From: Octopus vulgaris
Lineage: Eukaryota
Assembly (NCBI GenBank): GCA_951406725.2
Contig: OX597826.1
Location: 56,730,001-56,794,000 of the forward strand
Reading direction: 5' to 3'
DNA length: 64,000 nt
In this document: positions 25,491 through 37,968 of the stretch, piece after piece
Position numbering within the stretch: position 1 is the first letter of the stretch
Layout of the letters: each line of letters opens with the position of its first letter
The notes under the pieces: model-generated
Databases searched by the model: none
What the model saw: only the letters and a program-made list of their open reading frames with translations
Told to the model about the DNA's origin: nothing
Program-made: the position numbers and the translations under genes

Positions 25491-27585
25491 CACAAACACA
25501 CACACATTATATGGTTGTTTAAATTGGATATAACAGATTTTGTCTCCATCCCTGTTTTGAACATTGTTGTAGCTATGTTTCTGTTTAGAAATTGCAAGAA
25601 AGCTAACTCACCACCTTATGTATATGTGTATGTAGATGTATACATATACATTACACGCATAAATATAATAGTGTGAAGGAAACAACTCTCCTACATATTA
25701 TAGAGGACAAAAGGAAGAGAAAGAAAGAATTGAAGGCTGACACAGGAGATTCATGATTTTGGTTGATAATTTTTTTTTTGCATTATTATTTATGAAAAAA
25801 TGGTAAATGAAGAAATATACAGAAAGAAAAAAAAGAGCCAACAATTCTATTCTCTAACAAAAGCAACATCACTAAACCAAACAAGGTAGAGGAGAAAAAA
25901 ATAAAGGGAATGAAAAGGTGAGAGGGAAAGAGCAAGAGAGAGAGGGGGAGAAAATAAAGACAAAAGAAATAGAAAATCAATATCGTGGAAAGATGCAAAG
26001 CGAAAGAGAGAGAGAAAGACAGCGTGAGTGAGAGACTGAAAGTGAAAGTAGATAGGGGGAGATAAGCTACACAGTGGAATATTCCAATCATGTAGCATTT
26101 CAGGTGGAAGGTTCTGACTTATTCTATAGAAAAATGTAAGAATAATGGTTGATTTAAACTAACAGAGGCATTGATTTCACAAAACATATAGCACCAAGTC
26201 AAAATTCTACAAGTTTCATGGAAGAATTCAAAGAAACCATTTTGTCTTCTATTTGCACAAAGCCATATAACAACACTTGTATGTTTTTTTCATTATTTTT
26301 ACTTTATATATATATATATGTTTTATTTTGACCTAGTGGTACAAGGATCATGATGAAAATTAAAATAAGGTAGTCACAGATGTTGGCGTTATGAATATAT
26401 ATATATATTTCTTGATGTTCTACTGAAACGATTCAGTTTTATTTGTTGCATTTAAATGTTTTTACTCTCTAAATTTGTTTGATTAAAACAGTTCCCAATT
26501 CTTCAATGTTTCAGTATATGTTTTTTTTTTAAATTTTTGTTTTTTAATTTTCTTTATACTTTATGGCAAAGACAAAGAATAAGAAGTGGGAGGGAATACC
26601 ACAAAGAAGAAATAAAGAAATTGGAGAACAGTGAAAGAAAAATTCTGAAGGAAAATAATTATAAGTGAAAATATTTTCCTAAAGAGAAAAAAAATTATTT
26701 CAATTATTCATTTTGTTAAATATTCTGGGAACAATGTTTCCAACTACTTTTTTTGCCTTTCATTCTATTCTTTTTATTCAATTTTGTTTAATGAATTTTG
26801 CAATAAAAAATAAATATAAAAGGTGGAAAATGGAAAGGAATGGCTCTGAATTAGTACATAATTGCTGGTACTTTGACAGCGTTTGTTGTAAATACAAGAC
26901 AAGCATTATTAGAAGTGTATAAATTATGTTTTGCAATGAGGTTATCAAAAGCACATATGTCATGTCTCTTTGCAGCAGTATATTTAGACTGATACAGGCT
27001 GTGAGGTTAATGAAGGAAGAAATGAACTTTGCTGATCCTTAACATGAATATTACAAATGAACATAAATAAGAGAAAGAGTTTTCAGGGGAAAGTATAAAT
27101 GTGAAAAATAGCAGTAAAGAATAAAATAAATCAATGAATCAAAGTATTTCAAGGGGGCATATTTAAGGGAAATAATATATTTATTTATATAGGTCAGTCA
27201 GAGGACACACACATGCACACAAAGAAGTGCACAATCACAGTTAGTTAAAGAAATAATCAAAGAGGTGGGTTACTTAATGAAGCATTCAATTAGCATCTCA
27301 GCCTGTAGTCATATCATTTTCAAAGAGAGAGAAGGGTCTTAAAGATTTACTACTTTTAATATGTGGCACTTGTATTTTTTTTCCAGAAGAAAAGGAAGAT
27401 TTTATGCATTGTAAATTGAACAGATAAGGTAACTTCATGTAATCAACTACACAGGTTTCTGTTACATTCATTAAAAGATAGAGGAGGGACAAAAGAAGAA
27501 TTGGTGTTGAAACAGCACTTCACATCTAAATTCTAACCAGTTTATAAATATAAACATATTATGTAAATATATATATATGTATTTA

Positions 27586-27627
<42 letters not shown>

Positions 27628-27630
<3 letters not shown>

Positions 27631-27775
27631 TCATCATCATCATCATCGTTTAATGTCCGTTTTCCGCGCTAGCACGGGTTGGACGGTTCGACTGGAGTCT
27701 GGGAAGCCAGGGCTGCACCAGGCTCCAGTCTGATCTGGCAGTGTTTCTACAGCTGGATACCCTTCCTAACGCCAA

Positions 27776-27778
<3 letters not shown>
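27628..27778 (-). mobile_element. SINE family C 3' part with (TGA)n tail
   Basis: Reverse complement tggttggcgttaggaagggtatccagctgtagaaac ... cggacattaaacgatgatgatg; inserted in (TA)n; matches 43968-44220. Confidence 0.88.
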
Positions 27779-27844
<66 letters not shown>

Positions 27845-30027
27845 GGGAGTGAGAGAGATATTCATTTGCTTTTATGTCCTTTTCTCATAGTTTTCTGCAT
27901 AGTTTTATAACCAGATGTCCTTCCTGTTACTAAACTTTATTAGTTTCTCAGTAAGTGATGTCTTATTCCGCATATTTTTTAAGGTACAAAGCCAGCAGAA
28001 ATGATAACATCACAGCTTGTAGTTCAATAATTTCCAGAGAAGCACAAATATAAACAAATACAAACACATACACAAAAGATGTTTCCTTCACTTTTTGCCT
28101 CCCAAATTCTCCTGAAAAGTTTTGGTCAACTCAGAGGCTATAGATGGTTTCATTTAAAGTTACATACTATGGAAATTGACCATCAAATGTAGGAAGTGGT
28201 GCTGCAGTAGCAGTAATAATAGTGGTAGTAGTAGTAGTGTGACAGGAAGTGAGTAAACTTTACTAGGTCTCCATCAATCATACAACCATCATTTTTAAGA
28301 GACAACCTCTAAATATTTTAAGCCATACAGGGAGCTGATCTCTCTTCTACAACTTCATTCCTCAGACAGAATGGCTACAGATTTGTCCACCCCACCCTAT
28401 GTACCATACCCTTTACATTTAAAAACCACAGAATAAGAATTGCAGTCAATAACCTGCATTATCCAATGCCACAACTCAGCTGATGGGATAAAGTATTGCA
28501 AAAACAAAGGGAAAAAAAGAAAGAAAATTTTAATAGAATATATATACTACTACATATACACTCATATGTAGGAACACATATATCCCTACCCTACTAACTC
28601 ACTCTCTGTCTGTCTGTCTCCCCACTAAATCAATGTGGGCAAGTGTGTATACACACACACACATACACATACACATACTCACATATTAGGCATGGAGGCT
28701 TTATTTGTTTTTTCTGTTTTAGTATACTAGCATAAAGACTTTGAGTAACACTAACATTTACAGAGACATCACAAAAACTAACTGCACTATTACTACCACC
28801 TCCACCAACGACAACCACCGCCTATCCATCCTGCCAGCCAGGCAACCAGTCAGCCATTTTCCACACAGAAAGGGTCAGTAAAGACACTTGAGAAATTCTA
28901 AACAGTTAAGTCGAAAACTGCTTCTGCCAAATTCAGATTGTTATAGAGGGTAAGTGGTACTAAAGGAGTAAGTACATACAAGTACACCAGAATGTGAACA
29001 TTGCAGTGAGGGAGGTGGGGGATGTGGGAGTGAATCAAGAGACAAACTTCTTTTTTATTTACTTATTATTATTTTGTTTTTGTCTTTTTTTTTTACATAG
29101 AAATGTAAATCTAGAGAAATATGGGGGTGAGAAAGACAGGAGCATGACAGCAACACTCTGTAAATACCAGTTACCACTATGGGGATATGGATTTCATTTG
29201 GAAAAAAAAAAGGCACAGATGATGATGACAACATTTGCAGTAACAGCAGTAGCAGCAGCACCATCATCATCACCACATTAGACTGAAACTATGTCAGACC
29301 ATCCCCACCTCACCGCAACCATAAAAACAAACAAACAAACAAAAAACAAAAAGAACCTCCCAGCTTATGTCAAATTCCAGCATAGCTTGATTTCTGGAGT
29401 GTCAGAAACATTAGGTGTCTCCTTCAAAATACGCAACCTTTTTATTTAAGATGCCCATAGCAGTGCTTGATGTTACCTCTCTGAATAAATAAATAAATAA
29501 ATAAATAAAATTCTCTCCCCTCCTCCTCCTCCCAAATAGAAAATGACGACAAAGCCCATCTCCCACTGCACCCCCCACCCCAAAAATACATCCTACAGAT
29601 ATTAATGTGAGGTAGAACATTTTACTAAATTATTTTGAAATTTCTCCCTCCCCTCCCAATAACATACCATCATCATTCCATCATATTTTTGCTTATTCTT
29701 CCCAAACCACCCATCCACATACTTCCTTCCGCTCATCTCCCCCACCCCATTTCTTTTGTACTTTTGATTTGCCCGTTTCTTTATATCAAACTAATCCCTT
29801 TTTTCCAAGATGAAGAGAAAACACTAAAAAAACAAAAAAAAGCAAAAAATAAAAAAAACACACCCACGCACCAACTCCCCCACCTCTGCCATTCCCACTA
29901 ACACTCACCTTTGTCTACATCATTTTGCATATAGTGTTCTATTTATGACCACCACCATACCACCTACTACCATTCTCCTTATGCACCTGACTACTACAAC
30001 AGCCACTGTGTGTATGTGAATATGTTT

Positions 30028-30080
<53 letters not shown>

Positions 30081-30778
30081 GTGTATATATATATATGTGT
30101 ATATATACACATATGTATATATATACACATATATAATATATATACACATATATAATATATATACACATATATAATATATATACACATATATATATATATA
30201 TAACATCCTCTCTTTTCTGTCTCATCATCATTATTTACTATTACTATTATTATTTACATTTCCCTTTATGAGAATCAATTAGAGGGCCAAGTCGAAGAGA
30301 CACATGGAGTAGAAATCCAAAGAAGGGAAAAAGAAGTGAGGCATTGCCTAGCTAACAAAAGGATATTACAGGAAGGAACTAGGGGTCGGGGTAAGAGAGT
30401 CAGGAGAAGAATTTGGGTACCCATTTTCTTCTCTTTCTTAATAAAATAAAATGAAATTGTGGTTGTAAAGGGAAAGAAAAATAGATTCCTTAAAATCTCA
30501 CAGAAGAAAGATAGTTGAAGACAAATAACAACAGATAGCTTGACAAAGGTGAATTGAACAAGGGTGTATGGGAGAATAAAAAAAGAAATGGAAAACCAGG
30601 CGAAAGAGAAGGAGTAAATAATAAACAGATGTAAAACTGAAGAGTATAGAGAACCAATGTAAGATTTTAAGCTTATGAAAAGCTATGGCTGGCTGTGTTC
30701 TTTCAAACCATATCTTCTTTTGGCTTTTGTTCCCTCTCTCCACATAACTCATTTTACACACACACACACACACACACT

Positions 30779-30970
30779 GAGTTAGCAGAATCATTAGCAC
30801 ACAGGCATAATACTTAGCAATATTTCTTCAGCCTCTTCGTGTTCTGAGCTCAAATCTCGCCTAGATATCTTTGCCTTTAATCTCTTCAGGGGCAATAACA
30901 CAAAGTACCACTCAAGTACTGGAATTGATGCAATCGACTTGCACCTCTCTCCGCAAAATTGCTGGCCTTA
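30779..30970 (+). mobile_element. Older SINE family A relative
   Basis: gagttagcagaatcattagcac ... gttctgagctcaaatctcgcc ... tttgcctttaatctcttcaggggc ... gatgcaatcgactt. Confidence 0.7.
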
Positions 30971-31284
30971 AAACCCTGCAAAGGACCAGTATCCTGTTCA
31001 AGAGTATTGTTGCAATTGTGGTCATTTATATTCCAGTGAAATGGTTAACTAGCCTTAGAAGCCCCCTAAGGCTCAAGAATAAGACACACACACCCATTAT
31101 GTGAATGAATGTTTAAATTTTACAAATGTTCCAAGACTTATTTATGGAAGGGCTCATATATTTATTTGAATCTGGGGTTCATGTTTCTTTGGTGCCACTT
31201 ATAGCTTCCAATATGAATAGGAAATGCAAAACCGAGTAAAAAGAAGCAAGGTCTCAGATTCATTAAATAAATACTCACACAGTA

Positions 31285-31316
<32 letters not shown>

Positions 31317-32539
31317 TCACATATTATTTTACTAGTTGTGGTGTTTCTTGAGCCCTAGTACAACTCTGATCAAGTAAACCTTTTTATTAAAAACCATCCA
31401 TCTCTCTCTTCTTTATGTACATACACAGACCAATGTATTCTTTATTCATAATTATTGGTGTGGTTTAGTGGAGAACAGGATGCTGTTTCAGTCAGGTTCA
31501 AACAACCACATACAGCATTCATCATTGGTACATTCTATTTTGCGTTTCAGTTAGTGGACAACTGCTTTCTAGGGTACAGTTAATTACATGGACATTGGTA
31601 CTCATTTTATCAACCTCAGAGGAGGTTGAATAGAAAAGCGTATCAGACTGGAGTTTGAACTCAAAGCATAAAGAAAATAACTAAATGCCACACGGTATTT
31701 TCCTTGACAGTCTGTCAATTCTGATGTTTACACAAGCACACACATGCCTTTCTCTCCCTCTCTCTAAATGCTTGTGTTTGTACATGTGATTGGAGACTAA
31801 TACTACACAAGGTCAATGCTATACTCTTACACTACAACTCTCCCCTAATCATCTCACTTCTTATACTTTAAAAAAAAATTTAATTAATTTTGTAATATTT
31901 CTTTAACCTGGTATTGGTGTTTACTAGAATAAATCTTTCTCACCACTCATGTGTGTGTGTGTGTATACACACACACACACACATTATATATATATATATA
32001 TGCACATACACACACACACATTATATATATATATATATATATATGCACATACACACACACACCTAAGTACAGCTATACATACATGTATGAATGAAATACA
32101 TAACATTTATTACAACACACGCACGCACACATACACACACATATACTCATAAATTTAAAATGGAAAAGACAAAAGTGAGTTTTTTTTCAGGATACTTAAT
32201 GGAAAATTAAAAAGATATCCAGAAAGTCAATATATCGAATCTTCATTTTTAGTCAGTGTTACCCCTCTCATTCCTTACTCAAAGTGACTCTCTAATATAT
32301 TCAAAAAGAAACCAAATTCTTATTCTTATTCGTATTCTTTGCCTCTACATCATCTCCTACTCTATAATCCCCGACCACCGCCCAACATTTTTCTTCCACT
32401 CTCGAAATCTTCAATTTATCTTTTTTTTTTTTTTGGTTTTTTTTTTTTTGTGTTCATTTGCTTCTTGTTTCCTCTTTTATTTTTCTCTCTTATTGAATGA
32501 TTGCAGGTAATTCCTGGCCAACACTGAGAAAAAATTTCA

Positions 32540-32572
<33 letters not shown>

Positions 32573-33124
32573 AGGAAAGAGGGAGAGAGAGAGAAAAAAG
32601 GGGTATGGCACAGAAATAAATGGAAGGTAGGGATGGAATGGGATGGAATAGAATGGAACTCACATGGCAAACAAGCCTAAGAGACTGAGGCTGTCAAGAA
32701 GTAGAAAATTCCTATCTTAGACATGCAAAAATGAAAAAAAAAAAAAAATGTAAATGGCAATAAAAAAAACAAAACAATATCAATAAATTGTAAACATAAA
32801 CAATAAAATTTTATGATCACAGATAAAATTAAATATAAACAAAAACAAGGACCATTTTTTCTTTAACCCCCACCCCACCTACAGCCCTCTCTGTCCCTCC
32901 CTAAACCTTGAAACTGAGATGAATTCAATGGCACATACATGCATATATATATATGTATGTATATATATATATACATATATATCTTAGGGACAAGAAAAAT
33001 TACAAAAAACAAAACATTACTACTCTACTCTTCACAATATTATTCATTAAATTACCAAAATAAATTATATATAAATATATACATATATATATATATATGG
33101 ATGTAAGTATGCATGCAAATGTGT

Positions 33125-33174
<50 letters not shown>

Positions 33175-33677
33175 ATACATATATATATACACACTTACAT
33201 ACACACCCATACATGATCATACATATACACACATATATATACACATACATACATACACAAAACTTAGAAGTAAAACAAAAAAAGAGAGGGAGGAACTAAA
33301 ATAGATAAAGCGACAACACGACCGACATTCGACAGCAATAACAACAACAACAAAAACAGGAGAATGAAATAAAATTGCAAGAGTTCAAAAGGACTAAGTC
33401 AGGTTGGAAGCTTTTAAAGTAGAAAACATTCCACAGCAGAAATCTACAGTTATTCTCAAAAGCAGCAATGCAATATGCTTTTACATGATTCCTCTACAGA
33501 TTAATGTTACTTACTTCTAGTCACAGAGAAACAAAGAACGGTACAAGAACTTTAGCAAATTGATCGTTGGAGACAGAGGAAGAGGAAGAAGGAGGTGGAG
33601 AGGGCAAGTTTGGAGAGAGTGGAGGTGCAGGAGGGCAAGGAGATTTTTCTCAATGTGTTTATGCTTGTTTGTGTGTG

Positions 33678-33730
<53 letters not shown>

Positions 33731-34010
33731 AGTGGGTTGGGGTTGTTTAGGTTTTCTTTTAAATTTATTTATTATTGCTTTTGTTTGTTTTTTTTGGGGG
33801 GGGGGGTTAAATCTTATAGGATAACTTATGTTTGCACTCTTCAGGCAGGCAATTTTGATGATGACAACAACAACAATAATAATAATAATAATAATAATGA
33901 TAACACCCATAACAAAATCAAGATTACAAAAAAAAGAAAAAGACCTAAAGTAGACAAAAATAAAGGGAAAGAGGAATGATGATGTTTGATAAAAGGCAGA
34001 TCACAACTAC

Positions 34011-34060
<50 letters not shown>

Positions 34061-35133
34061 AAGCAGCAGCAGCAGCAAAGTCTGGCACAGAGTCTTATTG
34101 TAGCAACCTCAATTACTAGTGTATTCTAGTGTACATATATATATATATACACAAACACACACAAATGTACTAGTAATTACTTGAAGATGGTTCAATCTCT
34201 GGGTTTCTACTGATTTAATGTAAAAAGCCAAATCTTATGCTAAGTTCTCCCCTCATTATGTCCTGCGCAAAACAGAAACCGTAATCTTAAACAGACCTGA
34301 CTAAATCCCAGGATGACAGCAAGCTCACTAGAGGGACAGAATAGTTACAACTGAACGATACAATTTCAGAATAAGGAGACCAACAATTCTTGCAATTTGG
34401 GCCTCGGATGCCTGATATAATATGCGTGCTCGTGTACTTGTGTGTTTCTGTGTTTTTAGAAAGTGCTGGTCACAAAGCAATGTGTAAACACTAAAATAAC
34501 TAAGTAAAAAAATGTAAAATTTATGTTGCAGTGTTAGCACAAGAAATTCTTTTTTTATTTCAAGATTTAGCATATCAGTTGAAGAAACAATTTTGAATTT
34601 CAAAAGCAACGCCAATTTTCTAGGGATTTTAAAATGTTGTTGAAGTTGCCTTTGTTGCTATTTTACATCTTGTTTCCATGTTTAACATGGCAGTTTGTTG
34701 GTGTAATTGTTTTAACGGCTGGGGTGGATGCCTTTTGTATTTTTAACCACTACTCAAATATGAAATAAGCGTACAATATACTTCGTTTCTTTCCTTTTCA
34801 TTTTTATCAGTCAAAGTAACTGGAGACAGTTTATGTTATATATGTATATATTGCTCAGAGTATGACATTATTACTGTAATACACTTTGAACTCACAACCA
34901 GATGGTGAGAGTTTCAGTACCCTAACATCACAATCAGATAGGTATCACAATTTGATAGCAGGGAATCTAGCTAGGAACTGAATTGTCAAACTAAATTCTA
35001 TGTGGTGACTTTGTCATCCAACTTCTTCTGTTTATATTTTGAATCACTTTGAAAGGATAATTGAAGGTTTCCAAATGTATAATTATTGTAAAACAAAATA
35101 TTACAGTATAATAAATATAGCTTCCTACACACA

Positions 35134-35171
<38 letters not shown>

Positions 35172-35191
35172 GCAGAATTTGGAGTGGTTTG

Positions 35192-35395
35192 GCAAGTGAC
35201 TTGATCTGAAATTGTATGTTGAAAGAGAAATGATTACATAAGAGGGTCATTAAAGCTATAAAATACTATATTTGCTTTGCTTTTATTTCTTTATAATACT
35301 ATCTTATTAAGAAGTGTCAAAAAGTTTCATTGCACTTCACCAACTCGCTCACTAGCATAATTCCACTGCATCTCTGTTAGTGAACAGTTCACAGC
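35192..35395 (-). mobile_element. Older decayed copy of the 35520-35728 element, mostly inverted relative to it
   Basis: gcaagtgacttgatctgaaattgtatgttg matches the reverse complement of ~35678-35708; ctcactagcataattccactgcatctc matches the reverse complement of 35522-35550. Confidence 0.55.
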
Positions 35396-35519
35396 AGTTT
35401 TTGTGTAGATTTAATTGATTAAAATTACTCACTGCAATGTGCTTTTTGTGTTAGTTATACTTTATTCTATAATAAGTTAATGTTAGTGTGTTAATTTGTT
35501 CTGAAACATAAATGTAATT

Positions 35520-35728
35520 ATGAGATGCAGCATGGATTTTTGTCAGTGAAAGGTCGCGGTCTTATAGTGACGAAAATATTTTGACAAATTAAGCTTAAAT
35601 GTTGAAGTGAATCGAACGGCTTTTGCGTGTTTCTTAAATGGCTTACAAACACCTTCCACGCTGCAATTATTTTCGTTCCAGCACACAATCTCAGATCAAA
35701 TCACTTGCTATGCAAGTACATCTCCGTA
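35520..35728 (+). mobile_element. Short Penelope-like repeat candidate with 12-bp TSD and hammerhead-like motif
   Basis: Perfect TSD ataaatgtaatt at 35508-35519 and 35729-35740; hammerhead-shaped fold at 35539-35588. Confidence 0.7.
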
Positions 35729-36490
35729 ATAAATGTAATTTCTATAAAGAAAAACAGATAGTTCTCATTATTCTGCCAAGACCACAAATAGACCACATTT
35801 GGGAATGATTTCTGTGGGGTTTTTTTACCATTTACAGGGTTTCAAGAGGGGTTAAATAAACATCACAAGAACTAAGTCATACATTACCTACCGGACCATC
35901 AATGTTTACATCTCAATTCAAAGCTGAGTTAGCAAAAGGTACTTACCTAAAAAAGAAAAGATAAAGAAAGATAAATATAAGATCAAACTAATATAAAAAA
36001 AACAATAATAATTTCAATAGACAATAACAACTAAAATAATTTTAAAGGTTATGACAAATTGTTTTGGGAGGATCATACTGTTGATTAGATCAAACTTAGT
36101 CCTTGACTGACATTAGTAGGATTTGAGCACATAATCTAAATGGACACAGCACTAATTTTGATCTCTCAATAATTAATTATTACAAACAAATGCCATTTGA
36201 TATGGATTTTCTCAATACTCAAAGTGAAATCATGATTAGAACAGTAGTCAATAGATAGATAAATGTTTAGATTATACACTCGTGATGTTGATACGTAAAA
36301 ATATTGTTTTTTCATGGTCATTCTAACATCATTAATAATAATAACGGTGATGAAGATGATTTAAACAGAAGCACAAGACCAGAGCAAGGAAAAGAAGAGA
36401 AAAGGACAACAAAATGGTAGAGGATAGTGAAAGTGTATGAGTGTGAATGAATGAACATATATATATACATTTATATACATATATATATAG

Positions 36491-36686
36491 TTAATCCAAA
36501 CATGAAAGCACAAAAAAACACAACGCGAGGACGTGGAACAAATATAGTATTATTGGATGCTCAGGAAAGAAGGCGGGTATAATGTTTCGAGCGGAGCTCT
36601 TCGTCGGAAACATAGGAGAAGGAAAGATCCAGAGAAGGGAAGACAGAGGGGAAAAAAAAATCACCAACGGTACACACACGGTCACA
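36491..36686 (-). mobile_element. Short Penelope-like repeat candidate with hammerhead-like motif
   Basis: Minus strand of 36577-36611 reads gttt-ccgacga-a-gagc tcc gctc-gaaa-catta-tac; flanked by imperfect tttatatacata..atatag direct repeats. Confidence 0.55.
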
Positions 36687-36765
36687 TTTTATATACATAC
36701 ATATAGGGAAAATTTGTTGATTTTATTAAATTAATTATATTTCACCCTATATCTGTAATGACCAT

Positions 36766-36812
<47 letters not shown>

Positions 36813-37902
36813 CATACACATATATATATATATTTGATTATTATAAAATGAATACTCTAAGGATATTATAGCTTCTGCACACGTCATAGGATTATTTGAA
36901 TATTAGCAAGAACCCACTTTCAGGATGAAATATGGAATGTAATGGATTATACAGAGTTCTGAATATATGGTTACATGCCATGTTTATGCAAATATTTATA
37001 CCAAACCATCTATCTCTCTATCCATCTATAAAATGAATTTCTACAAAATTCCATTCACAAAGCTTTGGTCAACCAAACTGCCATACAGTGGGATTGAATC
37101 TAGAACCATTTGGTTGTGAAGCAGAACTTCTTAACCACACAACTATGTCGCCAGGACAGGAATAATGGTAAAAAAAACAACTAATAAATAAATAAATGGT
37201 ACAATGTGTAAAGAAATCAAAACTTTTGGATTAATCTCCAGTTTTCAGGAGAATTTAACAGCAACACACTGTCGTTATAAAGATGGAACAAAAAAAAAAA
37301 AATTAATACAAAAGTGGGAGGGAGAGAGGGGTATCTGGGGAACCAGGCATTATAAAACCATCCATCAATTGAATGATTTATAACTTTTTTGCCCATCTGA
37401 AAGGTCGCTTTCATAATATAGAGAAGCACATGAATGAGAAATAGTTTGTTATTTTTCTTGCATACAGACTGCTAAGCACCCCACCTACAAAGCTAGCAAC
37501 TGTCTTTTGTAATAAAAAAACAACAACATAATCCTAATAATAATAATAATAATATTGATAATAAATACAATAAAAAAAAATGAAGATGGGGCAGCAACCA
37601 TCATGAATATTTTCACACAATGCCTTTCCTCATCAGAGCATATTTGTATATCGTAATCGACGGGACATCTAGTGAGTCCTGACAACGACAACAGACGTTA
37701 AACCAGACAGAATTGTAAAGCAGTTTAGTTATAAATATGGTATGACAAAACAACACTGCTTAACATCAAAATCTACATACATTATTGTACACACATTAAC
37801 ACATTTATATGTGCATGCTAACACACGTGTATATATAAACACACACATCCATTTCATACAAGCATACACATTTGTACATACACAAATATCCATACATATA
37901 AC

Positions 37903-37935
<33 letters not shown>

Positions 37936-37937
37936 CA

Positions 37938-37968
<31 letters not shown>

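Noticed and set aside
34325-34340. CTCF-like motif tcactagagggaca
   Set aside because: Mismatches at informative positions; a single weak hit is expected by chance in 64 kb
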